Assembly (NCBI RefSeq): GCF_000015585.1
Contig: NC_008789.1
Coordinates: 1,770,001-1,802,000 of the forward strand
Origin: Halorhodospira halophila SL1
GTDB lineage: Bacteria > Pseudomonadota > Gammaproteobacteria > Nitrococcales > Halorhodospiraceae
Length of the DNA: 32,000 nucleotides
Direction: 5' to 3'
A model generated the notes under the pieces. That model was not told where the DNA came from. It saw only the letters and a program-made list of their open reading frames with translations, and searched no databases. Within the stretch, counting starts at the first letter, position 1. The number at the start of each line of letters is the position of its first letter. A program made the position numbers and the translations under genes. This document shows, piece by piece, positions 1-8,498 of this stretch.

Positions 1-1017
1 CAGGTGCTCCTCCACGGCTCGCTGGACCCGGGTGGTGGACCCGGACTCGTCGAGGGGATCGCGGCGAAGCCGGTGGCGCAAGGCCACGCTAGCCACCTGA
101 CGCAGATGCTTGAGCTCGACCTGATCCGCCTGCTCAAGCGCAGCGGCGGCCCGAGCAGCCCGGATCAGCGTCAATTCGCCGCGCAGACCATCGGTCCCGA
201 GCGCGATACAGAGCGTCGAAGTGCGCTCGAGGATCTCGTCGGTGACCTCCACATGCGGCAGCTTCTCGCGCCCCTTCTCGATCCGCTCGCGCACCTCGGT
301 GTCCTGCTCCGCCCACTTCTGCACGAACGCCTTCGGATCGGATTCGTACTCATCCCGCCTGCGCACCACCTGCATGCGGGTGTGCAGTTCCTCGGGAGTC
401 GAGACCTCCACCGACAGTCCGAAGCGGTCGAGCAACTGCGGGCGCAGCTCGCCCTCTTCCGGGTTGCCGCTACCGATGAGGACGAACTTGGCCGGGTGGC
501 GGACGCTCAAACCTTCGCGCTCGACGACGTTCTCGCCACTAGCGGCCACATCAAGCAGGAGATCGACGATGTGGTCCTCAAGCAGGTTGACCTCGTCGAT
601 GTAGAGGAAGCCGCGGTTAGCGCGCGCCAGCAGGCCCGGCTCGAACGCCTTTTCGCCCCGAGTTAGCGCCTGTTCCAGATCGAGCGCGCCGACCACGCGA
701 TCCTCGGTCACGCCCAGCGGCAGATCCACCACTGGCACGTTCATCTCTCGCACGTTCAGCGCCTTGCCCGACTGGATCTGCTCACGGCAGTGGTCGCAGA
801 GGGTGTCCTCCTTATCCGGATTGCAGTGATACGGGCAGTCAGCTGCGCGAATCGTCGGCAAAAGCCCGGCCAGAGCGCGGACCACCGTCGACTTGCCGGT
901 GCCGCGATCACCGAAGACCAGAACACCGCCGATGGAGCCGTCCACCGCAGCGATGGTCATCGCGAGCTTCATCTCGTCTTGCCCGGCGATCGCCGAGAAG
1001 GGAAACGCTGGTGCCAT
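1..1017 (-). CDS. bchI: Mg-chelatase ATPase subunit I (BchI); C-terminus runs off the left window edge
   Basis: It has no stop inside the window, so it is absent from the ORF track. Manual minus-strand translation from ATG 1017-1015 reads MAPAFPFSAIAGQDEMKLAM...VLVFGDRGTGKST (Walker A)...RGFLYIDEVNLLEDH (Walker B)...GNPEEGELRPQLLDRFG. It stays open for 339 codons to position 1. The plus-strand ORF 4..666 is its antisense shadow. Confidence 0.9.
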   Translation of the reverse strand, partial: MAPAFPFSAIAGQDEMKLAMTIAAVDGSIGGVLVFGDRGTGKSTVVRALAGLLPTIRAADCPYHCNPDKEDTLCDHCREQIQSGKALNVREMNVPVVDLPLGVTEDRVVGALDLEQALTRGEKAFEPGLLARANRGFLYIDEVNLLEDHIVDLLLDVAASGENVVEREGLSVRHPAKFVLIGSGNPEEGELRPQLLDRFGLSVEVSTPEELHTRMQVVRRRDEYESDPKAFVQKWAEQDTEVRERIEKGREKLPHVEVTDEILERTSTLCIALGTDGLRGELTLIRAARAAAALEQADQVELKHLRQVASVALRHRLRRDPLDESGSTTRVQRAVEEHL

Positions 1018-1060
1018 GGATTGTGCCGTCCCAGTTTTGAAAATCAGTGACCTTGCGGAA

Positions 1061-1078
1061 GCGGGCCGCCCGGCCCGC
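1061..1078 (-). terminator. GC-only stem-loop between idi and bchI (possible attenuating or processing hairpin, not a clear terminator)
   Basis: GCGGGCC-gccc-GGCCCGC forms a 7-bp stem about 36 nt downstream of the idi stop. No U-tract follows on the minus strand (TTCCGC). Confidence 0.2.
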
Positions 1079-1113
1079 GCGCAGATTAACAGAGCGACCC
1101 GGTCGGTACAGCC

Positions 1114-1641
1114 CTAACCCGTCGCCCAGTCAGCAACCGGTTGTTCTTGAATCAGGCGCCGGAACCACGGCGTATACCGCAGGGGATACTGCTGCGTGTC
1201 GGCCTGGATCCGCAACGGGGCAGCCCACTCCCAGGCACCGATCTCAAGCGGATCGGGGGCCGGCTGATCCGTCGGGGCGCGGCCAATCAGCACATGGGCG
1301 TATTCATACTCGGCAAGCCCGGTGTGATGATCCTCCGCGTGGTAGGTAAACTGCGCAACCGGGTGCAGGCGAGTGACGAATCCGAACTCCTCGCCTAATC
1401 GGCGCTCGGCCGCCTCGGTCACGCCCTCGCCGGGCCGCGGGTGGCCACAGCAGGTGTTCGACCAGAGGCCCGAGAAGTGGTACTTACTATCGGCACGGCG
1501 CTGCAGGAGCAGCTCCCCTCGGGGATTGAAGACGAACACGCAGAACGCCAGGTGCAGGGTCCCGCCGTCGGCGTGGGCGCGAATCTTCTCCTCGGTGCCG
1601 ACGCGCTGCCCCTCCGGGTCGACGATCACCACGTGTTCCAT
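1114..1641 (-). CDS. idi: Isopentenyl-diphosphate delta-isomerase, type 1 (Nudix fold)
   Basis: Part of ORF 1114..1674. The preferred start is ATG 1641 (MEHVVIV), with GGAGG 6 nt upstream. Motifs LHLAF, RRADSK and WSNTCCGHP match the type-1 IDI catalytic Cys region as I recall it from E. coli Idi. Confidence 0.85.
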   Translation of the reverse strand: MEHVVIVDPEGQRVGTEEKIRAHADGGTLHLAFCVFVFNPRGELLLQRRADSKYHFSGLWSNTCCGHPRPGEGVTEAAERRLGEEFGFVTRLHPVAQFTYHAEDHHTGLAEYEYAHVLIGRAPTDQPAPDPLEIGAWEWAAPLRIQADTQQYPLRYTPWFRRLIQEQPVADWATG

Positions 1642-1711
1642 CGTGTCCTCCCCGCTGAGACGTCGGGCGCACATTGGGCAACATCGTCGCGCCCCCCTTG
1701 CGCCTGGCGCG

Positions 1712-1741
1712 ATAGTACGACCATTCTCTAAACGCTGGCAA
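1712..1741 (-). promoter_or_regulatory. Candidate sigma70-type promoter for idi-bchI
   Basis: Read on the minus strand: TTGCCA (1741-1736), 18-nt spacer, TACTAT (1717-1712). It lies about 70 nt upstream of the idi ATG. Hexamer match only. Confidence 0.25.
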
Positions 1742-1855
1742 ATGCGCCGTTACGTCGCACAGAACCGTATACTGGGAAGATCCATCACCGGCCCCTGAAC
1801 CGGCGGTGGTGGAGTATTTGAAGGTCACCTCGACCCTGACGTGAGAGGAGCCAGA

Positions 1856-2293
1856 ATGATGAGCAACAAACCGTGTGACCGCTCCCGCCGCAAGTTCCTG
1901 CGCCTGGGCCTGATGAGCACGGCCGCGATCCCGGCCGCTAGCCTGTTCGGCTCCAAGGCCATGGCCGACAACGGCAATAACAACAACGGCAACGACCAGA
2001 CGTGGGAGATCATCAGCGAGGATGCGCCCGAGGCCAAGGGCATCGGCTACGTGCACAACCAGGCCGACGCCGACATGGATCATCCCCGCTTCGAGAGCCA
2101 CCAGTTCTGCGCCAACTGCCTGCTCTACGTCCCCCACGAGGAGGACGGCGACCACGGTTACTGCGCCGCCTTCGGCATGGATGAGAAGCGTCTCGTCAAT
2201 GCCAGCGGTTGGTGCTGGGCCTGGGAAGATGCCGGTGATGCGGCCGAGATCGGCCCCCGCGACGTCCCCGAGGATCAGCTGCGGCGGGGCTGA
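1856..2293 (+). CDS. hip: High-potential iron-sulfur protein (HiPIP) precursor with twin-arginine signal peptide
   Basis: Part of ORF 1841..2293. ATG 1856 lies 5 nt after AGGAG. The Tat motif is SRRKFLRLG, with a likely cleavage after KAMA. Four Cys are spaced C-x2-C-x14-C-x16-C and end in GWCWAW, the classic HiPIP cluster-binding pattern. Confidence 0.85.
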   Translation: MMSNKPCDRSRRKFLRLGLMSTAAIPAASLFGSKAMADNGNNNNGNDQTWEIISEDAPEAKGIGYVHNQADADMDHPRFESHQFCANCLLYVPHEEDGDHGYCAAFGMDEKRLVNASGWCWAWEDAGDAAEIGPRDVPEDQLRRG

Positions 2294-2360
2294 CGCCCAC
2301 CGCCTCAGGTACGGGGTGAACCAGCCGGGCGGGAGCGCCCCCGGTTGCTGCGCCAGAGAC

Positions 2361-2400
2361 CGCCGGGCTGCCTGGTACAGGCGCCCGGCGACGTCTTATT
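2361..2400 (+). terminator. Rho-independent-type terminator after the HiPIP gene
   Basis: CGCCGGGC-t-GCCTG / gta / CAGGC-GCCCGGCG gives a 13-bp GC-rich stem with one bulged T and a 3-nt loop (2361-2390). It is followed by acgtcttatt. Confidence 0.55.
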
Positions 2401-2537
2401 GGCTTGACTGATCACCGCGCTCACACGTTATCGAAGATCCAGCGTCAAGGACCCTAGACAGCAGGCGGTCTAGCCGTGCAAGTTACGCGGATAGACCGAA
2501 TCACGCAGTTACCAAGGCAGTCGCGGAGGCTCGACCC

Positions 2538-4214
2538 ATGCGTATCGTCTTCATCCATCCCAACTACTCCTCGGGCGGTGCGGAAATCGCGGGCAATTGG
2601 CCCCCGGCATGGGTCGCCTACCTGGCCGGCCACCTTAAACGCGCTGGCTACGACAACATCCGGTTCATCGACGCGATGACCAACGACTTCTCCGACGAGT
2701 ACATCCGCGAGGAGCTGGAGAAGGAGAAGCCGGACGTCGTGGCCACCACCGCGATCACGCCGTCGATCTACGTCGCCGAGCGGAGCCTGGAAATCGCCAA
2801 GGAGGTCGACCCCAACGTCGTTACTCTCATTGGCGGCATCCACCCGACCTTCATGTATAAGCAGGTGCTCAGCGAGGCGCCCTGGATTGACGCGGTGGTC
2901 CGCGGCGAAGGCGAGGAGATCATGGTCAACCTCGCCCGTGCGATCGATGAGGGGCGCTGGCCTAGCGACCGTGAGTCCATCCTCGGCATCGCCTACCGCG
3001 ACGGCGAGCAGATTGTCGCCACCCCGGCCGCACCGACGATCAAGGATCTCGACAGCATCGAGCCGGACTGGGGCATTCTGGAGTGGGAGAAGTACACCTA
3101 CATACCGCTCAATACCCGCGTCGCCATCCCCAACATGGCCCGCGGCTGCCCGTTCACCTGCTCCTTCTGCTCGCAGTGGAAATTCTGGCGGGATTACCGG
3201 ATTCGGGATCCGAAGAAGGTGGTCGACGAGATTGAGAAGCTCGCCGACGAGCACGATGTCGGTTTCTTCATCCTTGCCGACGAAGAGCCGACCATCAACC
3301 GGAAGAAGTTCATCGAGTTCTGCCAGGAGCTGATCGACCGCGGCCTCCCCGATCGCGGCATCCTCTGGGGGATCAACACGCGCGTCACGGACGTTCTGCG
3401 CGACGAAGAGCTCCTCTCCTTCTATCGCAAGGCCGGGCTGATCCACGTCTCCCTGGGGACTGAGGCGGCTGCGCAGCTCAAGCTCGACCGCTTCAACAAG
3501 GAGACGACCGTCGCCCAGAACAAGAAGGCGATCGAGCTCCTGCGCAACGCGGGCATCGTGGTCGAGGCCCAGTTCATCGTCGGCCTGGAGAACGAGACCG
3601 CCGAGACGCTTGAAGAGACCTACCAGATGGCCCAGGACTGGAAACCGGACCTCGCCAACTGGGCCATGTATACCCCGTGGCCGTTCTCCGATCTGTTCCG
3701 GGAGCTCAAGGACACCGTCGAGGTCTACGACTTCGAGAAGTACAACTTTGTCACCCCCATCATCAAGCCGCAGGCGATGGACCGGGGCGAGCTGCTCGAT
3801 CGCACCATGAGCAATTACCGGCGCTTCTACATGCGCAAGGCCCTCTTCTCCTACCCCTGGGCGGGCACCGGCGATCGACGCAAGTACCTGTTCGGGTGTC
3901 TCAAGGCGTTCCTGAAGGCCGGCTTCCAGCGCAAGTTCTACGACTTGGGCAAGCACGGGTACTGGGGGCCGCAGACCCGCAAGAAGGTCAGCGAGAACAT
4001 CGAGAAGAGCTTCGACAAATCGCGCACGCTCTCCGAGGCCCAGCGGGCGGAGTACGAGGAGCAGGCCTCCAAGGAAGAGATCAAGGCCGCCCGGTCGCAT
4101 AAGGCCGGTACCGAGACCGAGCGCACTCCGACCGAGGCACCTGTGCAGGTCCACCGAGACGGGGTCCCTGGCAAGGGCAAGCAGCAGAAGGCTGCCGAGA
4201 CCGACGAAGTCTGA
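2538..4214 (+). CDS. bchE: Anaerobic Mg-protoporphyrin IX monomethyl ester oxidative cyclase (B12-binding radical SAM, BchE)
   Basis: 558 aa. GGAGG lies 8 nt upstream of the ATG. It has an N-terminal B12-binding-type domain (RIVFIHPN...GGIHPT), the radical-SAM motif CPFTCSFC (C-x3-C-x2-C), and BchE-like length and tail. Confidence 0.92.
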   Translation: MRIVFIHPNYSSGGAEIAGNWPPAWVAYLAGHLKRAGYDNIRFIDAMTNDFSDEYIREELEKEKPDVVATTAITPSIYVAERSLEIAKEVDPNVVTLIGGIHPTFMYKQVLSEAPWIDAVVRGEGEEIMVNLARAIDEGRWPSDRESILGIAYRDGEQIVATPAAPTIKDLDSIEPDWGILEWEKYTYIPLNTRVAIPNMARGCPFTCSFCSQWKFWRDYRIRDPKKVVDEIEKLADEHDVGFFILADEEPTINRKKFIEFCQELIDRGLPDRGILWGINTRVTDVLRDEELLSFYRKAGLIHVSLGTEAAAQLKLDRFNKETTVAQNKKAIELLRNAGIVVEAQFIVGLENETAETLEETYQMAQDWKPDLANWAMYTPWPFSDLFRELKDTVEVYDFEKYNFVTPIIKPQAMDRGELLDRTMSNYRRFYMRKALFSYPWAGTGDRRKYLFGCLKAFLKAGFQRKFYDLGKHGYWGPQTRKKVSENIEKSFDKSRTLSEAQRAEYEEQASKEEIKAARSHKAGTETERTPTEAPVQVHRDGVPGKGKQQKAAETDEV

Positions 4215-4234
4215 GGCGCTCAGGGGGGAACGCA

Positions 4235-4834
4235 GTGGCCGAGCAACACCATGAGGCCCGCATCGGGCCCAACGCGATCCTGCAGGTTGCTGCGGCGCTA
4301 CGCGCCCTGGAAGACGAAGAGACAGCCCGGCGGTGCTTCGACGCTGCCGGGCTGTCCCGGTGGTTCGAGCACCCGCCCGAAGAGATGGTCCCCGAGACGA
4401 CGGTCGCCGCTCTCCATCAGCGGGTGCGACGGGAACTCGGGCCGGAGCGCGCGGAGCGGGTCATGCTCGATGCCGGCGAGCGCACGGGCGAGTATGTCCT
4501 GAACAACCGGATCCCGGCTCCCATCCGCACTCTGCTGCGGGTACTCCCGCCACTCTTGGCCGGGCCGCTTCTGCTTAAAGCCATTTCCCAGCACGCGTGG
4601 ACGTTCGTCGGCTCGGGACAGCTGACCATTCGGCGAGGCCAGCCGTGCCTGCTGGATCTGGCCCACAACCCGGTGATTGCCGATGAGCAGGCCGAAGGCC
4701 CGGTGTGCCACTGGCACGCAGCCGCCTTCGAGCAGCTGTTCCGGTCGCTGGTCAATGATCGTTCGACGATCCGCGAGACCCAGTGCGCCGCAGCCGGCGA
4801 CGAATCCTGCCGATTCGAACTGCACTACCGCTGA
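4235..4834 (+). CDS. bchJ: Bacteriochlorophyll synthesis protein BchJ (V4R domain)
   Basis: 199 aa with a GTG start 4 nt after GGGGGGAA. N-terminal RIGPNAILQ and C-terminal CHWHAA...CAAAGDESCRFEL are typical of V4R/BchJ. It lies 20 nt downstream of bchE. Confidence 0.8.
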   Translation: MAEQHHEARIGPNAILQVAAALRALEDEETARRCFDAAGLSRWFEHPPEEMVPETTVAALHQRVRRELGPERAERVMLDAGERTGEYVLNNRIPAPIRTLLRVLPPLLAGPLLLKAISQHAWTFVGSGQLTIRRGQPCLLDLAHNPVIADEQAEGPVCHWHAAAFEQLFRSLVNDRSTIRETQCAAAGDESCRFELHYR

Positions 4835-4922
4835 CACTGACCACCGTCGGCCGACTCCGACCTGACCCTCGCCTCGCTGGCCCACAGCCCCGTCTTGGGC
4901 CCGACCTGGATGAGTCGTGGTA

Positions 4923-6503
4923 TCAGCCGGCAGCCCCTCCCAGCATCGGGAATGTCACGCCCAGTGCCCAAGCGAACGCCACCGCGTTGGCCAACCCGGC
5001 AACCAGCGGATGCCCCGTATGCCGGTAGACCCACCGGCTGAACAGCCCGTAGACCAGAAAGAACACCAACACGACCGGGACGATCAACAGCAGGAAGAAG
5101 AGCCCATCCGGGTCCAGCGCCACGGCCAGCCCCAGAGAAACCAGGAAGAGCACCTTGGTGGCGGGATAGACACCGCGACGCATCCCCTGCCCGCGGGTCA
5201 GCCACTCGTCGGCCAGGAAGTACGGCAGCGTACCCGCCACCATCGCCAACAACAGCGGCAACCGTTCCACGGCTGGATAGAAGACCGTCACGAACTGATC
5301 CAGCACCGCGCCGAGCACCAGCAGGCAGTAACCGATCACCGCTGCAGCCCCGAGCAACCAGCGCCGCCCCGCTCCGCCACCCAACGCGATGGCCGCCGCG
5401 ATGCCGCGCGGACCCGGCCGCCCAGCGGTCCACCACAGCAGTGCGGCGCTCAACGCCCCGAACAGCGCGAAGTGGATAGCGACGTAGTCCCCGATCACCA
5501 CCGGCAGGAAATCCGTCGGCACGGGAGCAAGGAGCAGTGGCGTAGCAAGCGCCGGGATACCGGCGACAACCGCCAACCGACGCCACCCCGCGCCAGCGCC
5601 CCGCCCCGCCGCTGAAACCCGCGGCAACAGGCGCGCCCCCGGCCGCGCCAGGGCAATCACTGCCGCCAACAGGAGCGCGACCCATGGACCGCGCGCAGCG
5701 ACCCAGCGCTCGCTATCGCGCCCGAACGCCTGGTCCAGCCAAGACACGGCCTCTTCCAGGCTGACCTGACTGTAGAGCACCGCGACGTGCTCCACCCCGG
5801 GGGCCACAGCAATACGCCGCGCCGTACCATCGGGGAAGTCGCCATAGGTCCGGCCGATCTCCACCTCTTCGGGCTGCAGATCGTCAAAGGCCATGGCCAC
5901 CACGCGTTGGCCCTCTTCCTGCAGACGGCGCTCGAACCCCCCGACAACACTCATCAGGTTGCCAGGCGTCTCAGCGTCCACGGTCGGCGCGAACATCGAC
6001 ACTCCCACCGTGGCCAGCACATCGTCCCGCTGCTGGGCAAAACGCACGATGATATTCGAGGCCATGGAGTGGCCGAGCACCGCCAGCTTATCGTCCTCGC
6101 CCATCAACTCGGCACGAACATACTCGGCGACCCGCTCGGTCTGATCCACCAGTGCCTGGGCCGCGCCGTCCTGCGCGGTAATGTCTCCGTGCAGAGGCCG
6201 CGGATTGCGGCCGTGGCCAAGGTAATCAAAACTCACCACGGTGTAGCCGTTGCCGGCCAACGTCAGGGCGAACGGTTCCATGAGCGGCCGCGAACCGGCG
6301 AAACCGTGGGAAACCAGCACCACCGGTCCCGCCTCTTCGGCCGCGGGGCGATAGATGGTGGCCGGAGTCTGATCGATCGTCAGCGCCTCGCGCTCGATCC
6401 CGGCCTCGTCGCTCAGCAGCTGGTACAGGGCCAAGCCAATCGCCGCCAGGGCGATCCCTGCTAGTCCCAAGTCCCGCCACGCCGTGCCTCGACCCCCGAG
6501 CAT
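4923..6503 (-). CDS. Membrane-anchored alpha/beta-hydrolase fused to a polytopic (about 8-TM) membrane domain; function unknown
   Basis: 526 aa. The ATG lies 15 nt after the puhE stop, with GAGGG/AAGGG upstream. There is an N-terminal TM helix (LGLAGIALAAIGLALYQLL). An HGFAGS motif and a GHSMAS nucleophile elbow are present. The C-terminal half (about residue 275 onward) is strongly hydrophobic with multiple predicted helices. Confidence 0.7.
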   Translation of the reverse strand: MLGGRGTAWRDLGLAGIALAAIGLALYQLLSDEAGIEREALTIDQTPATIYRPAAEEAGPVVLVSHGFAGSRPLMEPFALTLAGNGYTVVSFDYLGHGRNPRPLHGDITAQDGAAQALVDQTERVAEYVRAELMGEDDKLAVLGHSMASNIIVRFAQQRDDVLATVGVSMFAPTVDAETPGNLMSVVGGFERRLQEEGQRVVAMAFDDLQPEEVEIGRTYGDFPDGTARRIAVAPGVEHVAVLYSQVSLEEAVSWLDQAFGRDSERWVAARGPWVALLLAAVIALARPGARLLPRVSAAGRGAGAGWRRLAVVAGIPALATPLLLAPVPTDFLPVVIGDYVAIHFALFGALSAALLWWTAGRPGPRGIAAAIALGGGAGRRWLLGAAAVIGYCLLVLGAVLDQFVTVFYPAVERLPLLLAMVAGTLPYFLADEWLTRGQGMRRGVYPATKVLFLVSLGLAVALDPDGLFFLLLIVPVVLVFFLVYGLFSRWVYRHTGHPLVAGLANAVAFAWALGVTFPMLGGAAG

Positions 6504-6518
6504 GATTCGCCCTTGCCC

Positions 6519-7334
6519 TCAGGAGGAGGACGCGTCCGCGTCGGCGGTCTTCGTCGCCACCCCTTGATCACCGCGATTGCGTGCTTTGAGCCCCCACTGC
6601 CACAGGAACGCCGTGGGCATCGGGATGACCAGGAACCAGTGCTCGAGGATAGCCAGCGCCATCAGCGTCGCAACGAGGGTCAATCCCACCGCGGTGAACG
6701 CGTCGATCCCCGGCGCCATGGCCGCCTGCACCAAGAGCACCAGCGCCACCGTGGAGATGCTCACCGAGAACGGGAAGAAGAGATTCATCGGACGCCGGCG
6801 CATGAAGCCGCGGAGGAAATGCATATGATCCGGGACGAATTCCTCGTTGAGGTTACGCACCCCCAGGAACACGTTGACCCGCGCGCTCTCGTGCATCCAG
6901 GCCAGCACCAGGAATGTCCACAGCGCCACCAGATTGCCGTCTCCCCAGGTCAGGATCGCCAGGACCACGCCGAGCACGACAATTGCCACCTCGTGGTAGA
7001 CGTTGCTTTGCAGGGCGTGGCCGAAGTGACGCCAACCTGAGCAGTCCTGCGGGCACCGAACCTGCCTAGGTCCGGTCAGGTAGTTGGTATAGTAGCTCAG
7101 CTCGACCCAGGCCCAGACGAGGAGTGCGCTGGTAAAGGCGAGGTAGGCGCCTCCTACGGAGGTGTCCGTGCTGGTCGCCGCCACCCCGTACAAGCCGAGC
7201 GCCAGGCCGACTGTGCCGCCGAGCATGCTCCAGCGGAACGTGTGCACCGGGAGGTTGTCCAGGTAGATCACCACGCCCGTGCTGAACCACCAGAGGAACA
7301 GCGCGAAAAGCGCCGGAAGAAGGTACTCGACCAT
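6519..7334 (-). CDS. puhE: Photosynthetic complex assembly protein PuhE
   Basis: 271 aa polytopic membrane protein starting MVEYLLPALFALFLWWFSTGVV. Trp-rich helices and its position after puhC match the PuhE family. Its start overlaps the puhC stop by 1 nt (TAATG). Confidence 0.85.
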   Translation of the reverse strand: MVEYLLPALFALFLWWFSTGVVIYLDNLPVHTFRWSMLGGTVGLALGLYGVAATSTDTSVGGAYLAFTSALLVWAWVELSYYTNYLTGPRQVRCPQDCSGWRHFGHALQSNVYHEVAIVVLGVVLAILTWGDGNLVALWTFLVLAWMHESARVNVFLGVRNLNEEFVPDHMHFLRGFMRRRPMNLFFPFSVSISTVALVLLVQAAMAPGIDAFTAVGLTLVATLMALAILEHWFLVIPMPTAFLWQWGLKARNRGDQGVATKTADADASSS

Positions 7335-7819
7335 TACGGCCCCTCGACGCTGTTCTCGTCGTCCTCAGTCTCCAGGAACCGGGCGAAGGCGCCGGCGTTG
7401 TCCTCGCCGAACGCCGCGAGATCCACGCCCTGGCCAGTGACTGGATCCTCGAGGATCAGCCGCCCGTCTGCTTTGCCCTGGAGTACAAACGGGACCTGAT
7501 CACTGCCGCCCGTGCGGACCCGAGACCGCGCGAGCTGCCGGACCGTCTGGCGCATAAAGGACTCTTCGCCCTCGCCGGCCGTCATCAGCACGTCGCCCGA
7601 ACGGCCATCCCGCACGACGATCTCACCGTCCTCATCGCTGAACGAGAGCGCGCGCTCGGCGACCGGCGGTTGGAAATCCGACCCCGTTGTCCCGAGGACC
7701 AGTTCGGTGTATAGGACGTAAACGGTCAGCATCAGGATGAGGCCGAGCGCGGTCACCGGCATGATGACCTTGGAGATCGGTCCCGCCTTGAGATGCTCGT
7801 CTTTTTCGGAAGATGCCAT
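7334..7819 (-). CDS. puhC: Photosynthetic complex assembly protein PuhC
   Basis: Part of ORF 7334..7981. The preferred start is ATG 7819 (MASSEKDEHLKAGPISKVIMPVTALGLILMLTVYVLY). It has a single N-terminal TM helix plus a soluble domain, as in PuhC. The upstream 54 codons are Arg/Pro-rich and overlap puhB. Confidence 0.8.
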   Translation of the reverse strand: MASSEKDEHLKAGPISKVIMPVTALGLILMLTVYVLYTELVLGTTGSDFQPPVAERALSFSDEDGEIVVRDGRSGDVLMTAGEGEESFMRQTVRQLARSRVRTGGSDQVPFVLQGKADGRLILEDPVTGQGVDLAAFGEDNAGAFARFLETEDDENSVEGP

Positions 7820-7859
7820 GGTCAGATCGTCTCTCCGGCATAGGTCAACGCCGCCACGC

Positions 7860-8498
7860 TCAGGAGTGCGCGGCGGCTTCCTGATCAACCCCGGAAGCGG
7901 TCTGCGTGCCCTTCTCCCGTGCCCGGTGGGCCTCCAGCGCCTCGGCCAGGATCCGCGCCGCCTCGTCGCCATCCGGTACAACCCGGAGCGTCGGCTCGGG
8001 GGGGCTCAGCCGCCAGGGCCGAACGTGGGGCCAAAATAGCAGAAAACGGACCTTCTCGCCCTCTTCAAGCCGCACAGAGACGTCACTGGTGCCATCCCGG
8101 TGCCTGGCGAGATTCGCCGCCTCGATCCGGTCAAAGGGCAGGTTGACCGTCGTCGGCAGCGACGCTCCGATGCGCATGACCACTCGGCGATTGGTGATCG
8201 AGTAGAGTGTGGTGGTAGCCATCCATCGGGCCAGCGCCATCAGCAGCCCTACCGCCACCGCACCGATCAGTAGTTGGTTCACGGCGTAGCCGCCCGCGGC
8301 CAGCACCCCTTCCCCCTGGATTAGGGCATCGGTAGCGAACCAGGCGCCAACGATGACGAAATAAGCGCCGACCTTGCGGACGTGAAGCGCCCGCTTGGCG
8401 AGCGTCCACCAAGCGGGCTTACCCTGCCACAGGATCTCTTCCCCATCCGGGAGCTCCTCAGGGAGCCCCGGGATGGGTTCGAACTCGTGCGTCCTCAA
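7860..8498 (-). CDS. puhB: Photosynthetic complex assembly protein PuhB
   Basis: 212 aa. The N-terminus FEPIPGLPEELPDGEEILWQGKPAWWTLAKRA matches the conserved PuhB start. It has two TM helices followed by a bacterial-PH-like domain. An apparent TTG start overlaps the puhA TGA (TTGA), with GGAG about 9 nt upstream. Confidence 0.85.
   Translation of the reverse strand: MRTHEFEPIPGLPEELPDGEEILWQGKPAWWTLAKRALHVRKVGAYFVIVGAWFATDALIQGEGVLAAGGYAVNQLLIGAVAVGLLMALARWMATTTLYSITNRRVVMRIGASLPTTVNLPFDRIEAANLARHRDGTSDVSVRLEEGEKVRFLLFWPHVRPWRLSPPEPTLRVVPDGDEAARILAEALEAHRAREKGTQTASGVDQEAAAHS

Noticed and set aside
1735-1750. TGGCA...GC resembling a sigma54 -24/-12 element in the idi/HiPIP divergent region
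   Set aside because: The GG-to-GC spacing does not fit GG-N10-GC, and no TTGC lies at the right distance.
2404-2433. TTGACT hexamer upstream of bchE, considered as a -35 element or an FNR half-site (TTGAT-N4-ATCAA)
   Set aside because: No acceptable -10 lies at 16-18 nt (CGTTAT, GTTATC and TTATCG are all poor). The right half of the would-be FNR box (CACCG) does not match ATCAA.
2401-2537. Possible cobalamin riboswitch in the bchE leader, since BchE is B12-dependent
   Set aside because: Only about 140 nt lie between the HiPIP terminator and the bchE ATG, which is too short for a typical cobalamin aptamer plus expression platform. I did not see a B12-box-like element.
2454-4154. 566-aa minus-strand ORF opposite bchE, and the 220-aa plus-strand ORF 4..666 opposite bchI
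   Set aside because: Same antisense-shadow artefact. bchE and bchI carry clear catalytic motifs, whereas the shadow ORFs lack an RBS and any motifs.
4879-4901. GGCCCA-N11-TGGGCC hairpin, and the GTCGGCCGAC palindrome just upstream of it, between the convergent bchJ and hydrolase-fusion genes
   Set aside because: The stem is short (6 bp) with a large loop and no U-tract, and the 10-bp palindrome cannot form a loop. They are plausible but unsupported as terminators.
4825-5685. ORFs 4825..5685 (-) and 4917..5615 (+) overlapping the hydrolase-fusion gene
   Set aside because: They are alternative frames within the hydrophobic C-terminal domain of the 526-aa gene. Their Gly/Arg/Ala-rich or His/Gln/Arg-rich composition is not protein-like.
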